Assembly: GCF_001194135.2 (NCBI RefSeq)
Contig: NC_068982.1
Location: forward strand, 12,489,838 to 12,553,837
From: Octopus bimaculoides
Taxonomy: Eukaryota
Length of the DNA stretch: 64,000 nucleotides
Reading direction: 5' to 3'
A program made the translations under genes and the position numbers. A model generated the notes under the pieces. The model searched no databases. It worked only from the letters and a program-made list of their open reading frames with translations, and was not told where the DNA came from. Below are positions 25,160-37,880 of the stretch, piece by piece. Position 1 is the first letter of the stretch. Each line of letters starts with the position of its first letter.

Positions 25160-25622
25160 CCCTTTCGTTACCAACCTGGCTGAAATTGCCTCTGGCTCTG
25201 AGTACAAATGACTTGTGTTCATAAGTTCTGAATTAAATTCTTCCACCAAACTTTAGTCACTATTTATTTTCCTATCACTAGCTTAATGGTAACTAAGCTA
25301 TTTTACTAAATTCTTTGTTATATTTAAAATTAATATAAAGAAATACAGAGCATCTCAGAATAAATATGGTAACAAAAGGGTTAACAAATGATTAATTTAG
25401 CCCTTTTGATACCTACCCACCTGAAACCACCTCTGGCTCTGTGGTACAAATGTCTTGTTTTCATAAGTTCTGAATTAAAATCTTTCACCAAACCTTAGTC
25501 ACAATTAATGTTCCTAACACTAGCTTAATGATAACTAAGTTATTTTACCAAATTCTTTGTTGTATTTAAAGTAATTGAAAGAAACACGGAGCATCTCAAA
25601 ATAAATTACAGTAATGAAAGGG
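25160..25622. mobile_element. Two adjacent piggyBac-type MITE copies (25160-25380, 25401-25622)
   Basis: CCCTTT...AAAGGG termini with TTAA or near-TTAA flanks; internal sequences align along their length. Confidence 0.8.
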
Positions 25623-25991
25623 TTAAAGTCGACTTCTGTTTCTTGTTGAAATGGATCTTAGCAAGCTAGATGTTCACTTCATTATAGTGTCTTGGGAAAA
25701 TCCGTGTCCTTATTTGTCTCTTGCATATTTGCATGCTTGTCTCATCTGATGAGTTTTAAATCAAAAACATCCACAACTTTTGTCATTTGAGTATACAAGA
25801 ATTAAACTTTATTTCCAGTAACAAGGTTCCCATGACAAACCACTTAAACCCCACCTTTATGAACTGTTTCTACTCACTAATTGTTAACACAAACCATTAA
25901 CAGTTTACACTTTACTTGGATCCTGCTGTTTACTTCCTACACAGTTTATTTTCTGTACATTATCAGGTGTAAATTCCCAAACATTTATTAC

Positions 25992-26029
25992 CTGCAGGAT
26001 TCCAATTAATTTATCCAATGTACCATGGA
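25992..26029 (-). CDS. Candidate minus-strand exon
   Basis: aatAG-type acceptor (acaataAG)|...CAG|GTAATA; HGTLDKLIGILQ, phase 1-0. Confidence 0.2.
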
Positions 26030-28082
26030 CTTATTGTACAAATATATATTAACTTAAGTGATATTTAAATTTATTCTTAATGACATCCATATGAAACTGA
26101 ACTTGATGTTAGATTTAATGATAGCATTTCAAGTTAGTATTATAAATTCTCATTCTTTTCTATATATTCATTTTACTAAAACAGAAACTCTTTTTGATAA
26201 GGGTTTATGATTTCTACCCTCACACTATTGATGCCTTCCATTCCTGACCCTGTTGCTCCACTGCTTATAAAAATATTTTGATTTCCAATTTTCAATGATT
26301 CTAATTTGTAGGAGTTCTCTTGATTTTCCTTTTGTATTAGTTCTGGTTTTCTTTTGTAAGTCCTGTTTTGCTTAAATAGAAATAGTTCTAAGTTAGCAGC
26401 TATGATTAAAACGAAGCAAAATTAAAAGAAGTAATCTTGTTTGCTAGACATAAAGGGTGCAGTTAATTATTCATAGCTATTCAGTGAGTGGAAATGAATG
26501 TTGTGAACTCTGATACCAGAACTTTAGATAAACTAGATTTGAGTGGGTAATGACTTGAAATTATTTAGTACAAGGAAGCTAACGAAGTGACTGAATACCA
26601 AATGTATCAGGTAACAATTCAGTGAGCTTAATCCAAAGGAATAAATATATTTACAAAGATCAATAAAAGGTTGGGTATCTGTGATAGGGGTAGACAAAAA
26701 ATAGAAAAAGAAAAAAAAAAATCCACTTCAGAAGATATTTCTCAATCAGAGCTGAAATGCTGGACTTTACATATGGTTTGGCCAAATATTATGAGGCAGG
26801 AAATTATTTAATGGAGCTGACTGAAGAAACCAATTCTGACATTATAAAAAGAATGTTAAAATTACAACAGTAAAGATAATGGTTATAAGGTTATAAAACA
26901 ATGTGTGTGTGTGTGCATGCACAAGTGTGTGTACACACACCCACACAAAGAGATGCACACATATATGAATACATATCAGGCAAATGAACTAAGTATGGTA
27001 TTGTTTTGTTGAAAGACAAAGACTGATTGTTGGTAAGCAATTAGACTTTATTAATACATGGCTTTGTATATTAACAAAAATTGTACATCTGAAAGTATTG
27101 AATGAAAAATTATGAAGTATTATGTAATGCTTTACAAAAGAGTTGGAATAAAATATAAAGAATGACATTTTTCAAATACTTTTGATTGCCAAATTATTAG
27201 AAGGACAACAAAAAATATAAATATTAACATCTCACATGTATTCATAAATTCATAAATGCCTTTCACATTTATTCATTGCGTCTTGATGTGCTCTTTTGAA
27301 ATCCGAGATTATTTAGATGACTTGAATATATATGAGAAAATCAGGAAAAAATAGATGTGGTAGTAATAATAGTCTTGAGTACTTGAATCAATTCTTTGGC
27401 TTAGAAATGATAGTATTTCTAAAGGTTTAGTGACTAAAAAGACAATAGAAACCCTATTGGAAATGATGATAGCATCTGACATTATTTATTAAGCAATTCT
27501 TTGCACTATTGGATAATAGACTTAGAGTATCTATTGTGAAACAGCTAAAACATTTTCCAACTATTAGCTCTGTATAATTGACATCATATTTGAAGTGTTT
27601 ATACGTTACTTTCTAACAAAAGAATTAAGCAATTTTATAACATCATACAATTTGTAGTTTTCAGAATAGTTTTATTGTTGGCAAGATTAATAATATTGTG
27701 GAAATGTAAATTGTGATTTGGATATAATTTGTCTTCACTTTTGTAGAGATGAGTGGATTAATCTAAATTTTATTTATGATTAAATTTGGCAGAGATATTT
27801 TCATTCTTCCTCTTGTTGAAGTATAAACTGCCATAAGTTGTCAAGATCAATTCTGTTAAAGGTATAAATTTTCTGATATAACCATCAGATAATATATTAT
27901 TATTTTCTTTTTCGTTGTCTAATTTTACATCATAAGTCACTTCTGGTTTAGTAGGAATATGATAAATTGATATTTAATCTTAATTCCAGCTAAGAAAACA
28001 CAGACAAGATTAAAACTACTATTGTATTTAAAAGTAGACATTTACTGACAAAAAAATAAAAAATATAAAAAATAAAAATATT

Positions 28083-28106
28083 TTGTGTGTGTGTGTGTTT
28101 GGGTGT

Positions 28107-28151
<45 letters not shown>

Positions 28152-28190
28152 TGTGTGTGTGTGTACATGTAAGTATGTATGTATATATAA
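28083..28190. repeat. (GT)n microsatellite
   Basis: Directly visible. Confidence 0.95.
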
Positions 28191-29359
28191 ATATAGAATA
28201 TTTAAATTTAGATACACACACATTATTATATAGATCTTGATTCAGTTAATATTTGTATTTCACTTTATATATTTATCTAAAACTAAAATAAATGAAATGA
28301 GCTAACAACCCATATTCAAGTGACAGACAAAAATACTATTTTAGGAAAGAAATAAGTAATTTTATCTATCCTGATAGAGAATGAGGTGAATATATGTTAG
28401 GAAGAACACATACATATACATAAACACAGGCAATATCACACACACACACACACACACACACACTCTCCATATGTACACTCACACATACTNNNNNNNNNNN
28501 NNNNNNNNNNNNNNNNNNNNNNNNNNNNNNNNNNNNNNNNNNNNNNNNNNNNNNNNNNNNNNNNNNNNNNNNNNNNNNNNNNNNNNNNNNNNNNNNNNNN
28601 NNNNNNNNNNNNNNNNNNNNNNNNNNNNNNNNNNNNNNNNNNNNNNNNNNNNNNNNNNNNCCCCCTCTCTGTTTTTGCATGCATGTGTACATACATTTAT
28701 ATTCTCCTATATGAAGAATGACTTCATTTATGACCCCACCCCCCAAGATAAATACAATAATAGGCTAAATGTGTGTTCTAACATTCATAGATGTTAGAAA
28801 TACTGGGCAAGGAATGATGGGAGATGAAGATCTATGCATTCCTCGCTCCAATAAACATGCTGCTCACCTAATCATGTACCAATCAGGTTGAGATACACAT
28901 TTGTCAGCAAATGTTATGATAGAAATCAAACGAAATGATGTGTTGTTGGTAGAGTTTAGCTCTAGGTCAGTCCTGGTTGTGCAGCTTGAAACATAAAAGA
29001 CACTTCAGATGTGACCCTTCTATTGCTTTGAATATCTAAGATGATATTGTCTTATGTGTCCCACCCATGCCAACATGGAAGGCAGACATTAAACGATGAT
29101 GATAATAATGATGTTCTTTGCATTTTAATAAGACATGGAGTAATTTGAGAGAGATGTGTCTGCTATTTGAAGAAGGCTTGCCCAATTAGAACATCTGTCT
29201 TTGGTTCAAAATGATGGGTCAGAAGAATCAGTCAATGTCAGACAAAATGCCTTGTGGAATTTGGTACACTTCTTTATATTCTGAGTTCACATTCTGAGGT
29301 GAATAAAATAAATAACATTATGCTTCTTTTTATAGTTGAGATGTTTTACTTAAGGTCGT

Positions 29360-30060
29360 GTTGAAGTGTTTCACACCATCGTTGATGAGTCATCTTTTGG
29401 TGGGTCATTTTAATTGTCAAGGATTTCTGATTATAGACAATTATGCTACGGTTGTTCAAATTTCCTTTCAATAACTATTATAACCACTTCCTTTGTCTTT
29501 GTGTATGCATTTTACTTTGAGTAAAGCATCTGTTTTGACAACCATTAATCTGGCATTTACATGACATGGCGAGTCACTGAAGCCAATGTCACATAACCAT
29601 GGCTTCAATGCAGTAGATATTGACTTGCTTGAACATACTGCCATTCTTCCATGTATTTTGCCACAGGATATACAAGTTTTCGGTTAGACATCTCTGATAT
29701 TGTATATTTTTATATTGTAGATATGTCACTTGTCTGGTTTTCTAAACTATAGAGGACAGCAGGTGTAACAACTCTTCACACACTACAAGTCTGGTGCTTA
29801 GCCTCTGATCTTGAGTCTGTACATTCCCATCCTCCCATCTGACAAAAGGTGATGTTGACATTTTATATCCAGTGTTGGATCTCCTCACCAATATCAACAT
29901 TCTGTTACAAGTGGCTTAGAAGAATTCTACATTTGTCCCAGTTCTACCATTTGTCAGGATCTTGTAATGCACAAATGGCAAGGTATTCAACACTGGAAGA
30001 CCTTGTGCAAGAACAAAGACCATAACTGCATCAGAAGCTGAACTTCATTCTGGAGATGAT
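29360..30060 (-). mobile_element. Heavily decayed RTE (BovB/RTE-1-like) LINE C-terminal region
   Basis: Degenerate VVTPAVLYS, YQRCL, IEAMV, SKQMLYS segments; similar to 48830-49400. Confidence 0.6.
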
Positions 30061-30079
30061 TCCACAAGTGGAGGTGCAT

Positions 30080-30300
30080 GACTTAGGGGCTAGAATGTTG
30101 GGGTCATGATCGTAAGATTTATGGTTTCAACCCCTAGACTGGACGACTCATTGTATTCTTGAGCAAAACACTTCATTTCATGTTGGTCCTGTCTACTCAG
30201 CTGGCAAAAGTGAGCAATCCTGTGATGGACTGGCATCCCCTCCAGGTGGGGAATTTATATGCCACAGAAACTGGGAAACTGGCCGTTATGAGTCAGCATA
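30080..30300 (+). mobile_element. SINE-C-related element with a third tail type
   Basis: Head, CTTGAGCAAAACACTTCATTTCATGTTG-TCC-GTCTACTCAGCTGGCAAAA, tail GATGGACTGGCATCCC...AGAAACTGGGAAACTGGCC. Confidence 0.65.
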
Positions 30301-30440
30301 ACATATATATAAACAGATGTATATATATATATCTATATACATATATATATATATATATATATTTCGTATGTATATAAATTAATAAAGCACTGAACCAATG
30401 CGTGTGTTTATTACCGGCATAATGCCTCTCCCACGGTTTA

Positions 30441-30471
<31 letters not shown>

Positions 30472-30693
30472 ACCGAGGGTATGAGAGGTATTGGTATCTA
30501 TAAGACCCAAAGAGTGTCAGGTAATGCTAAGTAGGTGCTATGGATAGACCATGGTTAAACTCTTGGTTCGATAATGATACAAGTGAGGAGTCTAACATGG
30601 GTCTTGTATTAGCATGTATATATATACATATTAGACAGAATGAGATCACAAATCCAAGGCTATGAGGGGTTTTCAGGACATTTATAATGAAAT

Positions 30694-30742
30694 AGACTTA
30701 CAGCTGTTTCTGGGATATTATGGATACCCTTTCATCAGAGAT
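30694..30742 (-). ncRNA. Minimal hammerhead ribozyme motif
   Basis: rc CTGATGA-AAGGGTATCCATAATATCCC-A-GAAA-CAGCTGTA. Confidence 0.5.
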
Positions 30743-31114
30743 GGTGTGAGATAATATCTAAATTTGACCCATCTCCTCTTTCTAATCATACACATCCCTT
30801 CTCCCTCCATCTATCCACAAATATACCAATACATTCTCAAATTTTCATTCACACCACAAAACTCTTTTGAACGAGCAATCCTGATTCCATGGCTCCGTAC
30901 TTTGAAATGACTAAACATGACCTGCTATTGGAGCTTACATACCATGTACAGGAAACTTTTTTAACCCTTCTATACACCATTTTCCTCGAATAATGGAACT
31001 GCAACTACAATATCTTTATATATCTTATTTCTACTTTCATTCTCTTATTTTCCCTCTATATTCCCTATCTCATCTTTTTGTACAATAATTCGAACTCAAA
31101 TATTTTCTCACACC

Positions 31115-31162
31115 ATTTCTGATGAAGGGATATCCATAATATCTCAGAAACAGCTGTAAGAC
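31115..31162 (+). ncRNA. Minimal hammerhead ribozyme motif
   Basis: CTGATGA-A-GGGATAT(CCATA)ATATCTC-A-GAAA-CAGCTGTA-AGAC. Confidence 0.55.
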
Positions 31163-31225
31163 TATTTCATTATAAATGTCCTGGAAACTGGTCACAGCCT
31201 TGGATTTTTTATCTCATTCTGTCTA

Positions 31226-31262
<37 letters not shown>

Positions 31263-31263
31263 A

Positions 31264-31294
<31 letters not shown>

Positions 31295-31297
<3 letters not shown>

Positions 31298-31475
31298 GTA
31301 TTTCAAAGGGCCAACCTTGTCACACTCTGTGTCATGCTGAATCTCTCCGAGAACTACGTTAAGGGTACACGTGTCTGTGGAGTGCTCAGCCACTTGCACG
31401 TTAATTTCACGAGCAGGCTGTTCCGTTGATTGGATCAACTGGAACCTTCGTCGTCGTAACTGATGGAATGCCACA

Positions 31476-31508
<33 letters not shown>

Positions 31509-31539
31509 GACACACACACACTTACACACACACACACAC

Positions 31540-31617
<78 letters not shown>
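31295..31617 (+). mobile_element. SINE-C 3' half followed by (AT)n(AC)n microsatellite
   Basis: Aligns to 8175-8350. Confidence 0.85.
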
Positions 31618-31619
<2 letters not shown>

Positions 31620-32267
31620 AATATTCTGAACATTTTCATTCAAGATTATTGTAAGAAGCGAGTTATTGTTAACAGATGAGATGTTCCATCATATGGTATG
31701 ACTTTTAAAACTGATCAGATGTATTTTTTTAAATCGATCAGATGTACCAAGTAATTGAATGACTGTCAGTTAAAAACTAATTAAAAACACTGGAATTCTG
31801 ATATTGTGTCACAGAATCATTGAAATACAAAGGAAATTTCCACAAACAAGAGATTAAATAATTAACCATAGTTTATGGTATTCAATTGAATTATTTCAGA
31901 GACTTTTATGGTTAATGATTGTAAAAATGTTACCAAATAAGGAATGATTATAATAGAGAGTGTTGTCAGAAAAGGAATTGCAGCATTAAAAGAGAAGCGA
32001 GTGTAGGAATCTCTAGATTCTGAAAAAGTCTATGCATGAAGAGAAAGTCCTTCAAGAAGCAAACATATCTTTTTAGTATTTCGGAATGCAATATAAATGA
32101 ATGGTACTGTTTATCACAGGAGGTCCCCTGAGATAAGATGTTGGTTGAAGATATTTCTGAATAATGTTGTCCTGGAAATTCAATATCGTCCAAGTATTTA
32201 TTATCTGTACTAGAAATCTTGAGATTTAACTGATAACATGAGCATTATATAAGACTGTACGGAACAG

Positions 32268-32380
32268 CAAATCAATGTCAAAGCAAGTCTATACTTGACC
32301 TGTTTGAAGTCATTAAAAAGCTTAATGTGAAAACAAGTGGTTTTTCATACAAGGTGTATGAAGAGATATCCTTTCTGGAA
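32268..32380 (+). CDS. Candidate exon, 5' boundary uncertain
   Basis: Open frame NQCQSKSILDLFEVIKKLNVKTSGFSYKVYEEISFLE ending GAA|GTATGT; acceptor weak. Confidence 0.25.
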
Positions 32381-32966
32381 GTATGTAAAGAAGTAGAAAG
32401 CAGAGGGTGGGTAGAGATAGAGATAGACAGACAGACATTCTGTGCGTGTGTATGTGTGAGAGAGAGTGTGTTGTAGTTTTCATCTAAGAGACAATATAAA
32501 TTTAATCTTATTAATTTTAAAAGGAATAATTTTTGCATTGTTTTCAAGTTCATGTTATTAACAGTCTGTACCATGACTGAAAGCTTAATGAAAAAGCAAC
32601 AAAAACAGAAAGCGAAAAGGACAACAAAAACTAACGATCTCTCATATATGGTTGTTTGTTTTATTATTCCTAAAGCCACCACTTCTTTATTTGTTTATTT
32701 ATTTTATATTGCAAATGGTGAACAATAGCTTCATTGCTTATTGGTTTCCAAAGAACCATTCATTGGTTCACTGCATTTCTTAAAGCAAAAATGACAAAGT
32801 AGTATCTGTAACTCATTGCAGAACAAACAATCATATGGGACCTCACTCACAATGTATGGCTTTATTGATATTTCTTACTAATGTTTATATCCTTCGCCTA
32901 TATGCATCAATATACATCGATGAATGATACACACATGTATATATACATACACACAGACAGATGCAT

Positions 32967-33002
<36 letters not shown>

Positions 33003-33179
33003 GATGAGCTCTCATGCAGTTCCCATTTGATTGTTTAGTCACAAAATATCGATGAACCCATGGCTATTGATGATGACACTTGCCCAGGAGTCACACAGTG
33101 GGTTTTGAACCCAGAACCATGTTGTTAGAAAGAGAAGTTCTTAACCACACAACCATGACTGCATCAATAATTAAAATAA

Positions 33180-33960
33180 CCAAGGCGGTGAGCTGGCAGA
33201 ATCAGTAGCACGTATTTTGTGGTATTTTGTCTGTCTTTACATTCTGAGTTCAAATTCCACCAAGGTTGACTTTGCCTTTTATCCTTTTGGAGTTGTCAAA
33301 TTAACTACCAGTTGTGTATTGGGGTCGATATAATCGACTGATCTCCTCCCCAGAAATTTTGGGCCTTCTGCCTAGAGTAGAAAAGAATATTTCATTCTTC
33401 TCCGCTTTTATTCTATTACTGGGGGTCGATCTAATCGACTGGCCCCCCCTCCCCCAAAATTTCAGGCCTTGTGTCTAGAGTAGAAAAGAATAATCAAAAT
33501 AAACAAGGCACTGAGCTGGCAGAAATATTAGCATGTCGGATTAAATGCTTAGCGGTATTTCGTCTGCCACTATGTTCTGAGTTCAAATTCCACCGAGGTC
33601 GACTTTGCCTTTCATCCTTTCAGGGTTGATGAATTAAGTACTAGTTGCATATTGGGGGTCGATCTAATCGACTGGCTCCCCCTCCCCCAAAATTTCAGGC
33701 CTTGTGTCTAGAGTAGAAAAGAATAATCAAAATAAACAAGGCACTGAGCTGGTAGAAATATTAGCATGTCGGATTAAATGCTTAGCGGTATTTCGTCTGC
33801 CACTATGTTCTGAGTTCAAATTCCACAGAGGTCGACTTTGCCTTTCATCCTTTCAGGGTCAAAAAATGAAGTACCAGTTGCGTATTGGGGTTGATCTAAT
33901 TGACTGATCCCCACCCCAAAAATTTCAGGCCTTGTGCCTAGAGTAGAAATGAATAATTAA
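33180..33960 (+). mobile_element. Tandem array of SINE-A (3 full units plus an extra tail)
   Basis: TAATCAAAATAAACAAGGCACTGAG at 33491 and 33724 (period 233 bp). Confidence 0.9.
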
Positions 33961-34221
33961 ATTAAACCATACTGCAGTCTAGCTTGAGACCATTATGTTC
34001 ACTGTTGTTCAATTGCTGTCATGTGGAATGGTATCGGAACATTTTGCATCAGTTTCAGAGTTCCTTTTTGAAATAATAAATGAAGAATGACCAGATTAAT
34101 GCATAAACGACCTGAATAGCCAAATCCTTGTTTGGCCAACAGTGCTAAAATACAGTCAGCATTCATATCAAGTAAACACACACTATTGCATTACCCAAGT
34201 ACAAATGTAGAATATATTCTT

Positions 34222-34421
34222 TTAGTCTTTTACTTGTTTCAGTCATTTGACTGTGGCCATACTAGTGAACTACCTTTAGTCAAACAAATTGACCCCAGGA
34301 CTTATTCTATCGGTCTCTTTTTGCCAAACCACTAAGTTACGGGGATGTAAACAGACCAACATTGATTGTCAAGCAATGGTGGGTGACAAGCACAAACACA
34401 CAAATACATACATATATACAT

Positions 34422-34487
<66 letters not shown>

Positions 34488-34890
34488 ATATATATGTATG
34501 TATATATGTATGTATATATATACATAGCTACACTCTCTGAGTGGTTGGCGTTAGGAAGGGCATCCAACTGTAGAAACTCTGCCAAATCAGATTGGAGCCT
34601 GGTGTTGCCATCCGGTTTCACCAGTCCNNNNNNNNNNAGCCTGGTGTTGCCATCCGGTTTCACCAGTCCTCAGTCAAATCGTCCAACCCATGCTAGCATG
34701 GAAAGCGGACGTTAAACGATGATGATGATGATATATGGGCTTTCAGTTTTTGTCTGTGAAATCCACTCACAAAGCTTTGGTCAGCTCGAGGCTATAGTAC
34801 AAGACACTTGCCCAATGTGCCATGCAATGGGACTGAACCCAGAACCATGTGGTTGGGAAGCAAGCTTCTTACCACATAGCCACACCTGCA
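34222..34890 (-). mobile_element. SINE-B interrupted by a plus-strand RTE 3' end (34530-34730)
   Basis: SINE-B tail at 34222-34400 and head at 34735-34890; RTE UTR sits in the internal microsatellite. Confidence 0.85.
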
Positions 34891-35149
34891 TCTATATATC
34901 TACAACTTTCTAAAATTTCTCATTAGGTTTCACAATTTCTGATAATCTAACACGGCCACCACATATGATGGAACAATGATTGCTTCCAAATGCTAGAGTT
35001 CCTTTTCTGATCGTAATTCATTTCAGTTTTCAACTCTGAATATGGTAAAAAAAAAAAGACTCTTCCCTACTACTGGCAAACACACGTTAAAATACTGTTC
35101 AGGACATCATGGCCAAAATAGACAATGAGACCTAGGGCAGTTCCTGGCT

Positions 35150-35282
35150 TTGTAGTAATAGAAACCATGCCAAATCAGATTGGAACCTGGTGTAGCTCCC
35201 CAGCTTACCAGTCAAATCATCCAACCCATGCCTGCATGGGAAACAGACGTCAAAGGATAATGATGATGATGATGATGATGTA
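35150..35282 (+). mobile_element. RTE 3' UTR fragment
   Basis: AGAAACCATGCCAAATCAGATTGG...CCAACCCATGCC + (GAT)n. Confidence 0.8.
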
Positions 35283-37823
35283 TCTGTAATAACAGAGATG
35301 CTTTGTATCACGTTTACTTCACATTTAACTAATTTTGTTCAACCATAGCTGCACATATTAATCTATATCTTCATTATTCATTACAGAATCTGCAAAAGTA
35401 CATGGTCCTTCCATTAAAAACTATTAGCTGCCACGCTTCTTTGATAACAACACATAGCTTGTTTTTTTTCCCCCTTTTAAATATTTTGTTTCATTCTTTT
35501 CTCCCACTCTTATTTTGACAAAAGACAACTGTCTGAAAAGTCAATAATTCATCCTTCCCTTAGCATCAGATACATTGAATTTCCACTTGTTTCTTTTTTT
35601 TTTTTGTTTTATCGATTCCTTTCCTATCCCTCTTGGACTTTTTTCATAATTTCCTCTGGATGTATATTCATATGTTTATCACACAGATGCATTGATGTCA
35701 GGTCATTGGATAATTGCTTTGCAGTAATTGCTCCAGCTCTCTGCATTCTGAGTTCAGATCCTACAAAGTTCGCATCTACTTTATAGCTTTCTAGGATTGG
35801 CAACAATACCAGTCCAGGGCAGTAGATTTCTGGAACTCTTTGAAAATTGGACATGACATTTTGCAGGATCTAAACTGACTATTTGCAGTCTGAGTTCAAA
35901 TCCTACTGCCTGTCACCAGCCTCCTTGTGATAGGAAATAGAATTTGGTGGATTCATCTAACAGTGAAAGCCTCCATTATCAGTTCTAGTGACATGTTGAT
36001 TGTAGTAGCATCTGGATTACAACAATGAAACAAGTGGACTCTGCAAAAATGAGAATTTTGTCCTAATATAGTTAGGACAAAAAAACAAAATGGGGAAAAG
36101 TTTGCTTGAGTTCAAATCCAGGTGAAGTAAACTTTACTTTTTCCCCTTATAAGGTAGACAGTATAAAGTACCAGTCAAGTACTGAGAACAATTCACATTC
36201 CTTAAACTAGACACTGGAATTATTATAGAAAACTATGAGTAATCTAAGACTTGAAAGGATCATAGATACTTACCCTCGTTCTTGAACTGAGTAACAATTT
36301 TAAAAAGATATTACTTTAGATGGCTGATAAATAAGTACACATTTTTGGCTTAGGAATGAAAATGGTGCCAGCAATCCTAATATATATTTATTTTTTGCTA
36401 CCAATTCTTTGACATATAAATTCATGCTTAAAATATGTATTAATATATACATATGTATAAATATGAAGTAATGATCTAAACATGGTGCACTTGGAACCCT
36501 GGCATTTCTTAAGCCCTTCACAATATTTAGCTTGTTTGCTAATACTTCTAATAGTTTCATTAAGGTTCCTCTATATATTATGATGTGAAATGCACTTATT
36601 TTGATAGCATTTTATTCTGAATCATGGCTTTAAGTATTATTTTATTATACTACACAAATGTCTGTTTTTGATTCATATTTAGATGAGAATAAAAATTTCT
36701 ATTGAGCAAGAAAGAAAATGTTCATTTCAATGTAAATTGCAACAGAAAGGAAATGTAGATGAAATATTTATTATGGCTTCATAAATTCCTCTGATGTAGT
36801 AGCACAGTAGTATTTTAATAACTTAATGATAATGTGATGGCTTAAGACTACAAGCAGATTAATCTCGTGATGTTTTACAACCTTAATTAGAAAGCTACAG
36901 TGATCCTTTAAATAGTAATTATGCACATAACTTTATGCATATTTATCAATCCATCAGTTTGTCTCCAGATACATTGATTTAGGCTAGAAATTCTATTCTA
37001 TTCTATGTATTTTGTTTATCTGTTGTATCTTTGTCTTTCCATCATTTATAATCTAAATGTGTGAAGAATGTCAGAATGTCTAGTGACTAGTAGATTAAAG
37101 CAATTCTGTTCTTGTTAACAATAGATGAATTCTATCTTTGTACAAAACTCTGTTCAAAGTGTATATTAGATGTGTGTTACAATGAAACAATGTTAGTGAA
37201 ATATGGCAAGTAGATGTTAAAATTGGATAACACATAGACCAGTTTTTTTTATTATTATTCTCTACATCTTATTCCCTACCCAAATCTAAAGAATACACTT
37301 CAGTTAAAAGCAAACTAACCGCATGATTAGAAATTAAAACATCAAATAATGTTGTTCTAACAAGTACATAAAGCAATATGGACATCAGTAGCTATTACTG
37401 CAAGGTAACCAGAGTAGGTTTGTGTTAATAAAAATTTAGAATATAGTAGTTAGTACTTTAGGGAGATTGCATATAACAAATAAAATGATTGTGCATGAGA
37501 TAATGTGGTAAGCGATGATTATACTGAAACTTTCAACCTTTAATATCACAGCAAAAATAGACCATAAAAATATTACTAAAGAATAATTTATTTCCCATTT
37601 TTTTTCTTCACCTGCCTTTATAAACCTCTTAACAATTAGCAGACATGCTAGATAGGATCAGTATTAATCTTATTATAATCAACAATGTTGGGGAAATAGA
37701 TAGATTTGTTGGAAGTCTATTGTTATTGGGGTAAAATTATTTCTTTTGTCATGCAATAAAGATTTTATTTATTTATCTATATTTTTGCTTCTGTTTATTT
37801 AAATTCCTTTAACGTTTACTTAC

Positions 37824-37880
37824 ATGAAACGTAAGCAGAAAAGTCAGTTGGTGATTTAAATGCCTTTGGATTAATATAAG
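37824..37880 (-). CDS. Candidate minus-strand exon
   Basis: tgctgtAG|57 nt|GTAAGT; two open frames (LILIQRHLNHQLTFLLTFH or YINPKAFKSPTDFSAYVS). Confidence 0.25.

Larger units (their letters stand above)
30480..31225 (+). mobile_element. Non-autonomous Penelope-like element with inverted terminal repeats (30630-30770 rc, 31100-31225)
   Basis: Inverted copies of the PLE-A repeat flank ~330 bp with a weak GIY-YIG-like C-terminal remnant (ERAILIPWLRTLK). Confidence 0.6.

Noticed and set aside
25745-25775. Other CTGATGA sites (25746, 45817, 52929 rc)
   Set aside because: No stem II followed by GAAA and NUH; 45817 lies in the Gypsy RT remnant
25992-26029. GTLDKLI resemblance to the RasGEF N-terminal (REM) motif
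   Set aside because: Seven residues only, with no other RasGEF-like exon found; not enough to name a gene
33180-33960. Regularly spaced repeats as a possible CRISPR array
   Set aside because: Units are full 233-bp SINEs without unique spacers; eukaryotic context, no cas genes
34598-34670. 32-bp direct duplication around a 10-N gap
   Set aside because: Typical unmerged contig overlap, i.e. assembly artefact
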